DNA from: Lentisphaeria bacterium
GTDB lineage: Bacteria > Verrucomicrobiota > Lentisphaeria > Victivallales > UBA1829
Assembly (NCBI GenBank): GCA_017456495.1
Contig: JAFTJI010000099.1
Coordinates: 1 to 50,314 of the forward strand
Reading direction: 5' to 3'
DNA: 50,314 nt
Shown: in pieces, positions 17,527 through 28,320 of the stretch
How the letters are laid out: the number at the start of each line of letters is the position of its first letter
How positions within the stretch are numbered: the first letter of the stretch is position 1
The notes under the pieces: generated by a model
Database searches by the model: none
Seen by the model: only the letters and a program-made list of their open reading frames with translations
What the model was told of the DNA's origin: nothing
Translations under genes and position numbers: made by a program

Positions 17527-20145
17527 TTACTGACGGAACGGCGGCAGACCGCGCATTTCACGTTCGCGGACAGGGGAACCGTCCGGGTTGATCATACGGC
17601 AGGTCATAAAGATCAAAAGGTTTTTCTTTTCAGAAACACGTGCCTTGGACTGGAACAGACGTCCGATCAGCGGAATATCTCCGAGAAGCGGATACTGGTC
17701 ATCAAGAGAGTTGGAGGTGTCATAAACAACTCCGCCAAGGATGATCGTTTCTCCGTCGTCGCAGGAAACCAATGTCTGAACAACACGGTCTTCAAAAATC
17801 GGCATACGGATGATGTTTGTGAAGGTTTCTGAAACGTTTTCTTCAACAGAAACTGTCACAGGGTAACTGTAGTCGACCCAACCCACATGTTCGCGGACGT
17901 TCGGCTTCAGAGGAAGTGTGATCGTTCTTCTGTTGGCATCAATTTTCGGCTGAACATCAAGACGGACACCCATTTCATCTTCTTCCAGTTCAGGAATGGA
18001 GGATGTAAACAGAGGAACGCTTCTTCCGCCGGATGCAATGGTACCGACTTCTGCTTCTTCCCAGTCTGTCGGGAAGTACTTCTTGGTAACCATTTTGATG
18101 GTTGCAGGATAGTTGTTTGTAGTGGTGATTCTGGGGCAGAACAACACATCCGCAGAGTCGGACTGGTCAATCGCTCTGACAGCTCCGCTGATAGACAAAC
18201 CATTGTCATAGTTGGTGTACTGAGCACTGAACAGACCATCCATCACAGTTCGGTTGCCGATGTCATTCACATTACGGACAAGGTTGGCAGAGTTGGGACC
18301 GAACTGCAACTGGCGGCTGCCATACTGAACAGGGGCCTTGCTGTAGTAGTAAGTCTGGTTACCTGTCGCAGCAACAGTCTGTCCGGGAGAAACTGTCCCG
18401 AGATATTGATATTTACCGCCGGATCTCGAATATACGTTGGCAGTAGCGGAAGAACCCAACCCCAAATCTTCAGAGGTAAGAGTAATGTTCTGACCGCCTA
18501 CAACAAATTGACTTCCGGTCGGGACGTCATTCTTTGTATTGGAAGCCTGACGGGAAACCTGATACTGGAAACCGAGCTCTTCAATATCATTCATAGAAAC
18601 TTCCATGAACTTTGTTTCGACCAGAATCTGAGCCTCAGACTTATCATGATCGTCAAGATACGCCTTGATCTTCTTGATATTTTCCGGAGTATGAGTGACA
18701 ATCAGACGACCGGAAATATATTTGACCCCGGTATTATCGCCAAAGACAATTCCAAGTTCACTGAAACAATCCTTGAGAGAACCTTTTTCGATCAAACTGT
18801 CATAAGTTGTCTTTTCAATCGTGAAGATATGAGTTTCATGCTCGTCGAGAGGTGCACCCCGCGGAGCAATCACAACAGCATGATCTTCGATCTTGTACTT
18901 CAAGCCGCTCATATTACAGATGGACTGAATAACATCTCTGAGAGAAACGTTACCGGTAAGAATGGTGATCGTCTTTTCTTCATCGGTGTTTTCAGCTGCA
19001 CTGCCGCCCTCTCCCGTTGTTGCAACCTGACCATTGTAAGGAAGGTAAACAATGTTCACCCCCATATTATTGTTCATTTCATAACTGCGGGTCTGAAGTG
19101 ATTTCAAAACTTCTGTAAGAAGTTCATTTTCGAACTCAAGAGAAGGAATGATGATGGAGTCAAGTCTTTCATTGATGGACTGTGCAGCCTTATCCTTGAT
19201 GATAACATTTCCTTCAGCAGGTTTCAATGCTTGAGGAGCAGTGTGACTTTCACGGGGGATCAGAGGAATGACAGGAGTCCAGATCGCTTCAGAAATATAC
19301 TGCTGACGTGCGACATTTCTGCGACGCTGACCAGCCTGGATCAACTTTCTGTTTGTCTTTCTGATCGCCATGATCGCTTCGGTGTTGAAGGGATCCATGG
19401 AAAGAACCTGTTCATATTTATTACGGGCAAGAGCCCACTGACCTTCAGCAAACAAAGCGTCTGCCTGACGCATGATAAGATCAATGGAGAAAGCTCTGCC
19501 TTGCGTTTCCGGTACAACCACCTCTTCCTTTGTTCCGGCGACATACTCAGCGGAACTCTTCATGCGCTGGAACTTGGCAATAGCATCCTGCATTCTCTTC
19601 TTGCTTGCAGGCCAAATCGCAGCAGCTTTCGTACATTTTGCAATAGCTTCGTCAAAGCGTTTCAGATCAGCAGAGGTAAGAGCTTCATTGTAAAGCTGCT
19701 CCGCCCAGTAGAAATAACATCTGGCGATTGCTTCCTTACATCCTCTGATCTTCCGCTGAACATCAGCGTTGCGCGGTGAAATCTTTTCAAATTTTGCAAG
19801 TGCGGCAAGATAATAAGCAATTGCCTTTTCATAAGAAGCTTTCTTATTGGACTCAACAGCATTTCTGACAAGTTCATCGGCTGAAAGCTTCTGATCTGCT
19901 GCTGACAGCCCGATACCTTCATAATAAAGTGTTGTCACATTGCCTTCATCTGCAAAGTTTGTCGCCCGGGGAGCAGCATTATCATCCAGCTTGCTCTTCG
20001 GAAGAGTCTTCACCTGAGCGTGAAGCTGGATCGCTCCGGACAAAACCAACAGACCAAGTGTTGACGCGACATAACGTCCGGCTGTACTGGATATGCGCAT
20101 TGTACTCTCCTTGGATTCGATATATTTCTTCATCATCTTAATCAC
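17527..20145 (-). CDS. Secretin (PilQ/GspD-like, Amuc_1098-like) with TPR N-terminus, copy 2
   Basis: QILVETKFMEV, DGETIILGG, PLLGDIPLIGRLFQS, NLLIFMT. Confidence 0.88.
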   Translation of the reverse strand: MIKMMKKYIESKESTMRISSTAGRYVASTLGLLVLSGAIQLHAQVKTLPKSKLDDNAAPRATNFADEGNVTTLYYEGIGLSAADQKLSADELVRNAVESNKKASYEKAIAYYLAALAKFEKISPRNADVQRKIRGCKEAIARCYFYWAEQLYNEALTSADLKRFDEAIAKCTKAAAIWPASKKRMQDAIAKFQRMKSSAEYVAGTKEEVVVPETQGRAFSIDLIMRQADALFAEGQWALARNKYEQVLSMDPFNTEAIMAIRKTNRKLIQAGQRRRNVARQQYISEAIWTPVIPLIPRESHTAPQALKPAEGNVIIKDKAAQSINERLDSIIIPSLEFENELLTEVLKSLQTRSYEMNNNMGVNIVYLPYNGQVATTGEGGSAAENTDEEKTITILTGNVSLRDVIQSICNMSGLKYKIEDHAVVIAPRGAPLDEHETHIFTIEKTTYDSLIEKGSLKDCFSELGIVFGDNTGVKYISGRLIVTHTPENIKKIKAYLDDHDKSEAQILVETKFMEVSMNDIEELGFQYQVSRQASNTKNDVPTGSQFVVGGQNITLTSEDLGLGSSATANVYSRSGGKYQYLGTVSPGQTVAATGNQTYYYSKAPVQYGSRQLQFGPNSANLVRNVNDIGNRTVMDGLFSAQYTNYDNGLSISGAVRAIDQSDSADVLFCPRITTTNNYPATIKMVTKKYFPTDWEEAEVGTIASGGRSVPLFTSSIPELEEDEMGVRLDVQPKIDANRRTITLPLKPNVREHVGWVDYSYPVTVSVEENVSETFTNIIRMPIFEDRVVQTLVSCDDGETIILGGVVYDTSNSLDDQYPLLGDIPLIGRLFQSKARVSEKKNLLIFMTCRMINPDGSPVREREMRGLPPFRQ

Positions 20146-23100
20146 CTGTTAAAGTCAAATCTGCCTTTATCAGGAACTGCATTGACAGGTACACCATTGT
20201 AACCGATCAAGCGCGGTGTGACAAAGATAAGCAGGTTTTGTTTCACAGAACGGGAAGCTTTGTTGGAGAACAGTGTTCCAACAAGCGGAATCTCTCCCAG
20301 GAACGGATATTTATCGTCTCTCTTCATGCTCTGTTCCTGAAGAACACCGCCGAGAACAACGGTATCACCATCGTAAATCTTCAGCTGGGTGGAGAGAGAA
20401 CGCTCTGAAATTTCAGGCATCTTCATCTTTGCAGCATAGACGTTGCTGGTGGAACTGACAGAACGGATACTTCCGATAATAAACTGGTAGTCATAATCTG
20501 TCCAGCCCACAAGTGCCGTAATACTCGGAGAAAGAACCAGTGTGATCGTTCTCAAGTTGGTGCTGACGGTCGGTGTCACTGTAAAGTTTGTACCGATCGG
20601 CTGTGCATCGCCCATTTCAGGAACAGGCGGTGTATATTCAAAGGTGTTGTTACCTTCTTCCAACTCTGCTTCTTCCCAGTCTTCAGGGAAGTACATCTGC
20701 TGAACCATCTGGATCGTTGCGGCAGAACCGGACTTCGCAAGAACCTTCGGAGCGGCAATCACTTCACCGCGGGCAGACTGGTCAACCGCATGAACCGTAA
20801 GGAACATATTGTAAGCACCATCTTTTCCGAAGTTTGGAATGATGTTCAGATTGTTGATCAGGTTCAATGCACCGATCGCATCTTCTGTACTGAAGTTACC
20901 GCCGGATCCGCCTCCGCCGGTATGACGAACCAGAACCTGGTTGATTACAGCCTCTCCAAGCTGGAATGTTTCGGCAGAACCGAATGTACTGTCAGTCTGT
21001 GTTGCATTACCAAACAAAAACTCAGGGTCAGTATTGTTGTGGGTCAGGGTCCAGTCAAAACCGAGTTCTTCCAGATCGGTCACTGAGATTTCAATGATCT
21101 TGGCTTCAACAAGAACCAATTCCGTTTCAACGTCGATCTTCTCCAGAAGTGTTGCAATCGTGCGCAAATTTTCAGGAGTGTTCTTGACTGTCAATTTGTT
21201 GGAAATCTTGCTGTAACTGATACCGGAGCCTTCTCCAAAAGGAATACCGCATTCGATAAAGAAGTTTTTCAACGCATCAGAACCGGCAGTTGTAGTACCG
21301 GCATCAGCATTTCCTGCCGCAGGTTTGGCGGATGCGGCTGGTTTGGCGCCCTTGTTGTCATCATCTCCAAACGGATTGTCGTTTCCTTCCTCCGCAAGAA
21401 GATTTTTGGTTTCACCGGTTCCGACTCCGGTAATCGTATCATACAAGGTGTTGGACATAGTAAAAGTCTGAACCCTCATATCATCCAGAGTACTGTCGCC
21501 GATCACAACCCCCTGATGCGTGATCTTATACTTCAATCCGGCGTACATACAGACGTAACGGATCAACTCCCCAATCGGGAGAGGTCCCATTTTCAGCGTA
21601 ACAAATTTGTCATCCTTGAACTGGGGATAGAAAATGGAGATACCTTTCTTTTCAGGGTCAAGCTCACGGCTTCTGCGCTGAATCAAAGCAAACACATCAG
21701 AGACGTTTTCATCTTCAAAGTCAGCTCCGGGATAAGAAATATCCTGCAGTTTTCTGTAAATAGACGCACGTTCTGTTGTGGTTTCATCCTGAACCGGAGT
21801 TTCATCCAGGGGGTCTTCAGTTGTCTGCCGGGAGGGAAGCACCCATTTCCATTCAACTTCATTGATACGTTCCAGAATTTCATTTTCACGGCGCATCCAC
21901 GCGGTATCAACGATCTTGCGGTAAATTTTACCCAGCATGATGTTTGCCTGTTCGTTGAACGGATCGAGGATATAAACCTGCTCATAGGTATCACGCGCCT
22001 TGGAATACATTTTATTTCTGTAATACGTTTCACCCTTGATCAGGAGCTTCTGAATATTGCTGCGGCGGTCTGACAGATCCTGAGCTTCTTCGATGCTGGC
22101 AAGAGATGTTGCACCGATAAATTCTTCAGATTTTACAAGCTTGTTGCAGGCTGTCTCAAACTCTGCCAGAGTCTTTGACGGTACCGGCAATTCTGCTTTG
22201 GCTTCAACAATACGGTTCAGGACTCCGCGGGCAATAGCAAGAGCCTGCTTCGGATCCTTCGGAGCCAATTCGGCAGCTCTGACATAACCGGCACGAATCT
22301 CCATTACATATGCCATTTCCCACTGGCGGAGGATTTCACGACGGAGAGCGATCAGCTGGCTCCGTAATTCAAGCATTTTGGGAGAATCACTGAATTTCTG
22401 ATCCTTAAGAAGCTTTGATGCGTCCACCCACTTTGCGTAAGCACGCTTGAAACTCTTCTGTTTCAAAAGCTTCACAGCATCCTGACAGAGCGGATTGATC
22501 TTTTTCAGGATAAAAGCTTCTCTTCTTGCACTTTCCTGAGCACTCTTAAGTCCCCAACGCGCCGTCGGGGAAGAAAGCTGTTTCTGGGCAGCTGCCTTCA
22601 GTGTCAGAACCTCAGACTTCATAAAGGGAAACTGAACTGCAATTTTATCAGCTTTATTTGAGATATATTTAAAGTGTGCAATCGCACGCTGCTCACAATA
22701 AGAAGGATCTTTTTCAGACTCATTCTTTGCGCTTTTGGGATTATTGCGAACGAAAAGCAAACGTTCTGCTTCAGAATAAACCTTTCTCAAATCATTAGCC
22801 ATAAAATTTGCCCATCTTGTCTGAATCTCAGACCGAAGCTGGGCAATCATGCTTTTCTGGGCAGTCACCTGAGATGATGCAAGAAACTTCTGAGTCGCAA
22901 AAACTTTATCAATTTCATTACATTTCAACAACGCCTGTTCATACTTTCCGGCACGGAAAAGAGAGATAGCCTCATTCATCAGAGGTCCTACAAGCCCAGC
23001 CATCTTTGCATCTGACGCCTCGATTGCAGCCCGGTTTTCAGCAGAATGCACCGGGAGAGGTGCGCCTGCAGAAAGGGCAAAAACAGCAACCGCAAACAGA

Positions 23101-23168
23101 CCAATCGGACGAGCCGTTGACCACATTGTCTTTGTTGTTTTTCTTCTGTTCATCTGTTTTATCTCCAA
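20142..23168 (-). CDS. Secretin (PilQ/GspD-like, Amuc_1098-like) with extended TPR N-terminus, copy 1
   Basis: VLVEAKIIEI, DGDTVVLGG, PFLGEIPLVGTLFS, NLLIFVTPRLI; signal peptide. Confidence 0.88.
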   Translation of the reverse strand: MEIKQMNRRKTTKTMWSTARPIGLFAVAVFALSAGAPLPVHSAENRAAIEASDAKMAGLVGPLMNEAISLFRAGKYEQALLKCNEIDKVFATQKFLASSQVTAQKSMIAQLRSEIQTRWANFMANDLRKVYSEAERLLFVRNNPKSAKNESEKDPSYCEQRAIAHFKYISNKADKIAVQFPFMKSEVLTLKAAAQKQLSSPTARWGLKSAQESARREAFILKKINPLCQDAVKLLKQKSFKRAYAKWVDASKLLKDQKFSDSPKMLELRSQLIALRREILRQWEMAYVMEIRAGYVRAAELAPKDPKQALAIARGVLNRIVEAKAELPVPSKTLAEFETACNKLVKSEEFIGATSLASIEEAQDLSDRRSNIQKLLIKGETYYRNKMYSKARDTYEQVYILDPFNEQANIMLGKIYRKIVDTAWMRRENEILERINEVEWKWVLPSRQTTEDPLDETPVQDETTTERASIYRKLQDISYPGADFEDENVSDVFALIQRRSRELDPEKKGISIFYPQFKDDKFVTLKMGPLPIGELIRYVCMYAGLKYKITHQGVVIGDSTLDDMRVQTFTMSNTLYDTITGVGTGETKNLLAEEGNDNPFGDDDNKGAKPAASAKPAAGNADAGTTTAGSDALKNFFIECGIPFGEGSGISYSKISNKLTVKNTPENLRTIATLLEKIDVETELVLVEAKIIEISVTDLEELGFDWTLTHNNTDPEFLFGNATQTDSTFGSAETFQLGEAVINQVLVRHTGGGGSGGNFSTEDAIGALNLINNLNIIPNFGKDGAYNMFLTVHAVDQSARGEVIAAPKVLAKSGSAATIQMVQQMYFPEDWEEAELEEGNNTFEYTPPVPEMGDAQPIGTNFTVTPTVSTNLRTITLVLSPSITALVGWTDYDYQFIIGSIRSVSSTSNVYAAKMKMPEISERSLSTQLKIYDGDTVVLGGVLQEQSMKRDDKYPFLGEIPLVGTLFSNKASRSVKQNLLIFVTPRLIGYNGVPVNAVPDKGRFDFNR

Positions 23169-23180
23169 AATTGCTTATTA

Positions 23181-24491
23181 TTATTTAAAGTTGGGAAGTG
23201 CTCCGGGATTTTCTCCTTCAGGAGCAGGCTCATTGCCATACTCACTGCGAGTCTTGATATCAAAATAAACAGCAGCTTTCAAGTTCTTCTGCTGAACTTT
23301 TGCTTTCAAACGGTCTTCTGCAGCTTTCGCTTCAGGATCGCGGTCCGCAGAGACAGTCGCAAAAACATCGACCCCGGTATCTGCATTTCCGATCTTGAAC
23401 TCAGCACCAATTTTCACAACAATACCATTGAGTTCCTTATTAAATGACGGAACAAGATTTTCAGGCAGCTGACATTCAAAAACGATCTCTTTCTTGGGAT
23501 CAATAAAATCCTGATCTACCGTCGCTGAGAAAAGCTCTCCGGTATCGACCCGCTTCAGGATAACAGTGGAAATATTCACCCGTGCACCGTCTTTATCCCC
23601 GAATTTCGGAATAATACGTTCCACCTTATAGGTATGACCATCTGTTCCAATTTTCTTGTATTCACGACCAACACGGGCTCTGACAGTTTTAGAACTCTTT
23701 TTCTCGTTAACTTTTCCTTTTGAGTTCTTTTTCCGTGTAATCGTTGTAGAAGCAAGCTGAACGGTCCATTTTTCAGGATGTTTTTCATCATTGTCATTAA
23801 TAAAACGGGTAACACGGATTCCGATCGGAGTCTCCTTGATCTCTTTGACAAAAAGCTTTGTTGCATAGGAAGGACGGCTCTTTGGGTTGTTGATCATGGT
23901 TCCGAGACGGAACTCTTCCAAATTGCTGAAGCCATCTTTGTCCAGGTCTCCCGCTGCATCGTTGGGGTTCTGGGGATTAAGCCCGACCTTCTTTTCTTCA
24001 TCATCCGGAATACCATCGTTATCACTATCTTTCAGAGACTGAGCTGCTTCAGATGTATTGAAAAGTTCCGGAGGGACATAATTTAGAGGCGCATTACAGG
24101 AAGAACATTTTTTCTTTCCGATTTCCTTCTCATTTGTGGGGAAGTCTGTAACAGGAATCAAATGCTGCTGTCCATCAACAGGACATCTTGCCAGTCTGGG
24201 AGGTGCAAGCAAGTCGATCTCTGAATACATCTGTTTTGCATCCTTGGAACCTTTTGCTGCAGGAGTCGTTTTAAGAGAAATATCTCCGGACATTTTCCCG
24301 AACAGCTTGGAAGCATCATATTTTTCTTCTGTGAAAACAATTTTCTTATAATCTTTCCGCGGAGGAGGAATCATCGTATCCGCGGGTTGTTCTTCTGCAA
24401 TAGAAAGAACCTGAACTCCAAAAAGAAGGAGAAAAATCAGAAGAAGAAAAATAAATATAAATTTTTCATAATGTTTTTTCAGCATCTTCAT
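23181..24491 (-). CDS. Amuc_1099-like pilus system protein
   Basis: KKHYEK plus TM helix; Ca-binding-like DSDNDGIPD...DLDKDGFSNLEEF; synteny. Confidence 0.7.
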   Translation of the reverse strand: MKMLKKHYEKFIFIFLLLIFLLLFGVQVLSIAEEQPADTMIPPPRKDYKKIVFTEEKYDASKLFGKMSGDISLKTTPAAKGSKDAKQMYSEIDLLAPPRLARCPVDGQQHLIPVTDFPTNEKEIGKKKCSSCNAPLNYVPPELFNTSEAAQSLKDSDNDGIPDDEEKKVGLNPQNPNDAAGDLDKDGFSNLEEFRLGTMINNPKSRPSYATKLFVKEIKETPIGIRVTRFINDNDEKHPEKWTVQLASTTITRKKNSKGKVNEKKSSKTVRARVGREYKKIGTDGHTYKVERIIPKFGDKDGARVNISTVILKRVDTGELFSATVDQDFIDPKKEIVFECQLPENLVPSFNKELNGIVVKIGAEFKIGNADTGVDVFATVSADRDPEAKAAEDRLKAKVQQKNLKAAVYFDIKTRSEYGNEPAPEGENPGALPNFK

Positions 24492-24506
24492 AATATTCTG
24501 AACTCC

Positions 24507-25781
24507 TCATTTCTGCGATTCAATCTTTTTACGCTGAATTATATCATCTGCATAGATAATGTAATCCACAACGATGATACACTCAACAGAAGGATCCTTA
24601 CCGATCACTGTCAAGCCATAGTTATCGGAAATTTTTCCTTCATTACTCACACTGGAAACATTTTCATCGAAGATCTTCTTGATATTTTCACCTTTTTCGC
24701 CATCAACATCCCGAAGCAGGCGGACATCGCGGACATTGTAAATCCGGTTATCTTTATGTGCGCTTGCCAGGCTGTTCAAAAATCCTCTGATACTGTCCAT
24801 TGATCCCCGGACTTTGATCTCATAAGTGTAATAAATATAGGATCCGCGCTTTTCACCTTCAAGCGGGTCGGTCTGAGCTGTTCCACCCGGCATAGACTGA
24901 TTGTTATTCTGAGCTGCAGAAGCTGCGAGACGAAGATATTCGACCTTTGCAATCTTGGCAGCAGTCATTCTCTTGTAAATATCCTGCCGGATCTGAATCT
25001 GGCGGTAAGCAAGCCACAACTGGTTAATACTCAGATTGTCGTAAGCAATCAGCAGTTCCTTGATCTGCTTTTCCTGATTTTCAGGCTCGACGATATCTTT
25101 GAATCCCGGAATGATTGCTCCCCATTCGGTGTTATTTCCTTCCAGAATATTTCTCAAATTTCCAAGCCGGTCTGTTACAGGCAAACCAAGAGCTTCAAGG
25201 AGACATTTGTATTCATTTCCGGGAATTCTGCGATATTCAACGTACTCCTTCCGGACATATTTATAGAAATTCTCGCATGCCGCATCAAAGCGTTTTTTCA
25301 ATTCAGGATCTACGACAGATTTCTTTTCACCGTCAACTTCGGTCTCTTTCGTATAATAACGAGCCATGAACTTATCAAAGATATTCCGGTCTTTTCCTTC
25401 GGAGTTATCAGCTTTCTCTTCGTCCGGCAAACCATCATGGAATTCTTTAAAAGCCTTCAGCAGAGCTTCCTCGGTAGTTCCAAGCTCTGTTGCAAAAACT
25501 CTCAGAGCTTTCCGGTGGATCTTTCCATAACGGCTCTGGACTTCATAAAGACGCCGTTTAAGCTCTTTGATATCATTCTGGATCGCATTCAGATTATCTG
25601 TGCCATAAGAGGGTTTTTTCTGACTGTTTCCACGGATTTCTTCCATATAAAGAGAAATTTCGGATTTGGCATTCAAATAACCAATGTATGTCTGAATATC
25701 AATCACTGTAACTGCCAAAGCTACAACAATCGTTAAAACGACAAAACATAAAAGCGGAATATTTTTTTTCAAATAGTTCAT
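24507..25781 (-). CDS. Amuc_1100-like (PilO-like) pilus system protein
   Basis: N-terminal TM helix, coiled coil, C-terminal YEIKVRGSMDSIRGFLNSL; position between PilM and Amuc_1099-like genes. Confidence 0.6.
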   Translation of the reverse strand: MNYLKKNIPLLCFVVLTIVVALAVTVIDIQTYIGYLNAKSEISLYMEEIRGNSQKKPSYGTDNLNAIQNDIKELKRRLYEVQSRYGKIHRKALRVFATELGTTEEALLKAFKEFHDGLPDEEKADNSEGKDRNIFDKFMARYYTKETEVDGEKKSVVDPELKKRFDAACENFYKYVRKEYVEYRRIPGNEYKCLLEALGLPVTDRLGNLRNILEGNNTEWGAIIPGFKDIVEPENQEKQIKELLIAYDNLSINQLWLAYRQIQIRQDIYKRMTAAKIAKVEYLRLAASAAQNNNQSMPGGTAQTDPLEGEKRGSYIYYTYEIKVRGSMDSIRGFLNSLASAHKDNRIYNVRDVRLLRDVDGEKGENIKKIFDENVSSVSNEGKISDNYGLTVIGKDPSVECIIVVDYIIYADDIIQRKKIESQK

Positions 25782-25784
25782 TAT

Positions 25785-27611
25785 TTAAAAACTCCTCACT
25801 TTTTCAAACGGCTCTTTTAATTTGGCTTCAATAGTGAATTCTGCGATATTATGCCCGATCGTATCGTAGACTCTGTCCAACCGCAGAATGTCATTATCCG
25901 TGAAAGGCTCAAAAACTCCGCAGGTTTCAAGATATTTACGTAATTCTTTATAAACAGCTTCGCGTTCATCAACAGAAGTTGCTCCTGCCGCATTATGAAC
26001 CTTGATAGAAGGCTTGCTGACAATAATATAGCCTTTGATCTCAATATAATTGACTTTTTCAGGACCGGCAGGAAGATTGCTGCCGGAAGAAGTCGGAAGA
26101 GATCCGAAAGAGCCATTTGCAGCATTATCAGTTTTCGACTGGGGCAAATCTGAAATTCCCTTGATAGAGGTAAACCAGACACCCTTGGGGAGACCGCGAT
26201 TCAGCGTCGTGTTAAATTGGATCGCTGAAATAATATTGTACCATCTGTTACGGTTTTTGATCAATTCTACCGCTGCAGTTTCATAATCTCCCATAACACC
26301 GGAAAGTTCACCGTTTGCTTTCTGAACTTTCTCAGCTTGTTCCTTGATCGTTATATTTTTGGAAAGAACAAAATCCCGGATCTGCTCCTGATCATTTTTC
26401 TGTTGCCAGAAGTTCCAGTAAATCACAAACACACAGAACAACAGAGCCAGACAGGAAAGATAAAAGAAGGGAATCTTTTTCTTCATTTCTTCCTGGGCTT
26501 TGCGTTCCGGAGGCTGCAGAGAAATCTCAACCGGACAAACAACTGCATTACGCAAAGACAGCCCGACGACCTCAGAAAAGAGGTGTGCAACAGATGCCAA
26601 TTCTTCCTTGTTGACAGAAGGAGAAACGGCAATAACCTGGAACGGGTTGAAATATTCTACAGGAATATGCAATTTTTCAGAAAAGAAATGCGTTGTATAA
26701 GTCATGACGGAACTTCCACCTGTCAAATAAAGCTTTTCCGGTTTTCTTCCTCCGCCGGCACGGTAAACATTGATCGTCCGGATAATTTCACCATGAAGAC
26801 GGGTCATCACATTGCGAATGATCTTTGATACGGTCGAGGCAACAACGGATTCCGGTTCTTCGTAAGCACCGCCGAGTCCGACGAAGCCATGACGGATCTT
26901 CAATTCTTCTGCTTCTTCATAAGAGATATTGAACTCTTTGCTGATCTGCTGGGTAATCGCATGACCGGCAGTCAAAAAGGTTCTGACAAAGAACTTTCCC
27001 CGATCCATAAAGATCAATGTTGAAGAACGTCCGCCGATGTTGAGCACCATTTCACACTGAGCTGCACCGACGCCGTTGAAGTTGCAGGCGTTGTAACTGG
27101 CAGTTGCAGCGATTTCAACGTTACGGACTTTTTTCTTGAGACCTTCCATACAGCGCATGTAAGTTTCAGCATCGCTGCTTTTCACGATCGCAAACATTGC
27201 CTCGACCTGAGCATTTTCTGTATCTGTGCAGATAACCTGAGAGTCGTATGCGATCTCCTGCTCATCGAACGGAATATTCTGTTTGGCTTCAAATTCAAGC
27301 AGACGCTGAATCTTTTCCGGATCATCAGTCATTGCCGGAACTTTGACAAAACGGATGAAAGCATTCTGTCCGGAAATAGCAAGATACACATCTTTTGCAA
27401 GGAAACCGTTTGCCAGGATCAGGTTCCGGATCGTTTCAAGGATCTTGTCTTTTGCCTCCGGATTATCGCTGGAAACATCCCCCAAACCATTTTCCATACA
27501 AGCATATTTTTCAAGCAGAATAGCCCCTTCACGAGGCTGAGAAAATTCCGCAGCTTTGACGCTGTCGCTGCCAATATCAACGCATAAAACACGTGTATCT
27601 TTCAGAGCCAT
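25785..27611 (-). CDS. pilM: PilM-type actin-like ATPase fused to a PilN-like region (Amuc_1101-like)
   Basis: CVDIGSDSVK, FEAKQNIPF, LNIGGRSS, LTGGSS, FNPF, then a TM helix and periplasmic part. Confidence 0.85.
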   Translation of the reverse strand: MALKDTRVLCVDIGSDSVKAAEFSQPREGAILLEKYACMENGLGDVSSDNPEAKDKILETIRNLILANGFLAKDVYLAISGQNAFIRFVKVPAMTDDPEKIQRLLEFEAKQNIPFDEQEIAYDSQVICTDTENAQVEAMFAIVKSSDAETYMRCMEGLKKKVRNVEIAATASYNACNFNGVGAAQCEMVLNIGGRSSTLIFMDRGKFFVRTFLTAGHAITQQISKEFNISYEEAEELKIRHGFVGLGGAYEEPESVVASTVSKIIRNVMTRLHGEIIRTINVYRAGGGRKPEKLYLTGGSSVMTYTTHFFSEKLHIPVEYFNPFQVIAVSPSVNKEELASVAHLFSEVVGLSLRNAVVCPVEISLQPPERKAQEEMKKKIPFFYLSCLALLFCVFVIYWNFWQQKNDQEQIRDFVLSKNITIKEQAEKVQKANGELSGVMGDYETAAVELIKNRNRWYNIISAIQFNTTLNRGLPKGVWFTSIKGISDLPQSKTDNAANGSFGSLPTSSGSNLPAGPEKVNYIEIKGYIIVSKPSIKVHNAAGATSVDEREAVYKELRKYLETCGVFEPFTDNDILRLDRVYDTIGHNIAEFTIEAKLKEPFEKVRSF

Positions 27612-28300
27612 TATCTTTTTCCTTCCATCATACTTTTCGGCAGATCAAAATAATCTGTATCAATCCACTGCCACGGAGATTTATCTTTAGGCAGGATGCC
27701 GTTTTCAACTCTCATAACACGGAATCTTGATCCGTGATACTGTTCAAAAAGCCTTGCAATTTCTGCAACACTTTTGTTCTTCGTCTGTGCATAACCTGTC
27801 GCAATCACCTGATTATTACTTCCACGCCGGAAAACGACAGCGGCATACACATTTGCATCAAGAGAACGATTGTCAAACTTCGTAAATGATGTGTATTTTG
27901 TCAGAACAACGGGGGGAATATGGAAAAGAATATAATGCGTTTTCTTGTCTCCGGGAACAGAATAAAGAACCTGTTTTCCCGTAAACATGACTACATTTCC
28001 GTATCCTTTTCCTTTTTTTGCCGGAAGAAGAACGATCAGCTCAGCACTGAGATCATCCTCCCAAACCACATTGGTTCCTGCAGAAGAGGGAGTATAAGAA
28101 ATCAGGAACTGAAGCCACCTTGCGTTATCGTTGCCCTTGTCAAGCTTCCCGTAAGAACGGGTTGTCGTGAAAACCGGAGCCTTGACAAATTCCCGGTTGA
28201 TCTTGATCGAACTCTTATTAATAGTAAAACTCTGTGCCATGAGAGAAAAGCTCCCAAGCACACATACGAGAATCAATAATTTCAACGGTAAATTTGTCAT
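27611..28300 (-). CDS. Amuc_1102-like secreted pilus system protein
   Basis: Signal peptide; C-terminal ILPKDKSPWQWIDTDYF; first gene of the operon. Confidence 0.6.
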   Translation of the reverse strand: MTNLPLKLLILVCVLGSFSLMAQSFTINKSSIKINREFVKAPVFTTTRSYGKLDKGNDNARWLQFLISYTPSSAGTNVVWEDDLSAELIVLLPAKKGKGYGNVVMFTGKQVLYSVPGDKKTHYILFHIPPVVLTKYTSFTKFDNRSLDANVYAAVVFRRGSNNQVIATGYAQTKNKSVAEIARLFEQYHGSRFRVMRVENGILPKDKSPWQWIDTDYFDLPKSMMEGKR

Positions 28301-28320
28301 ATCAGCATCCCTGATTCTGA

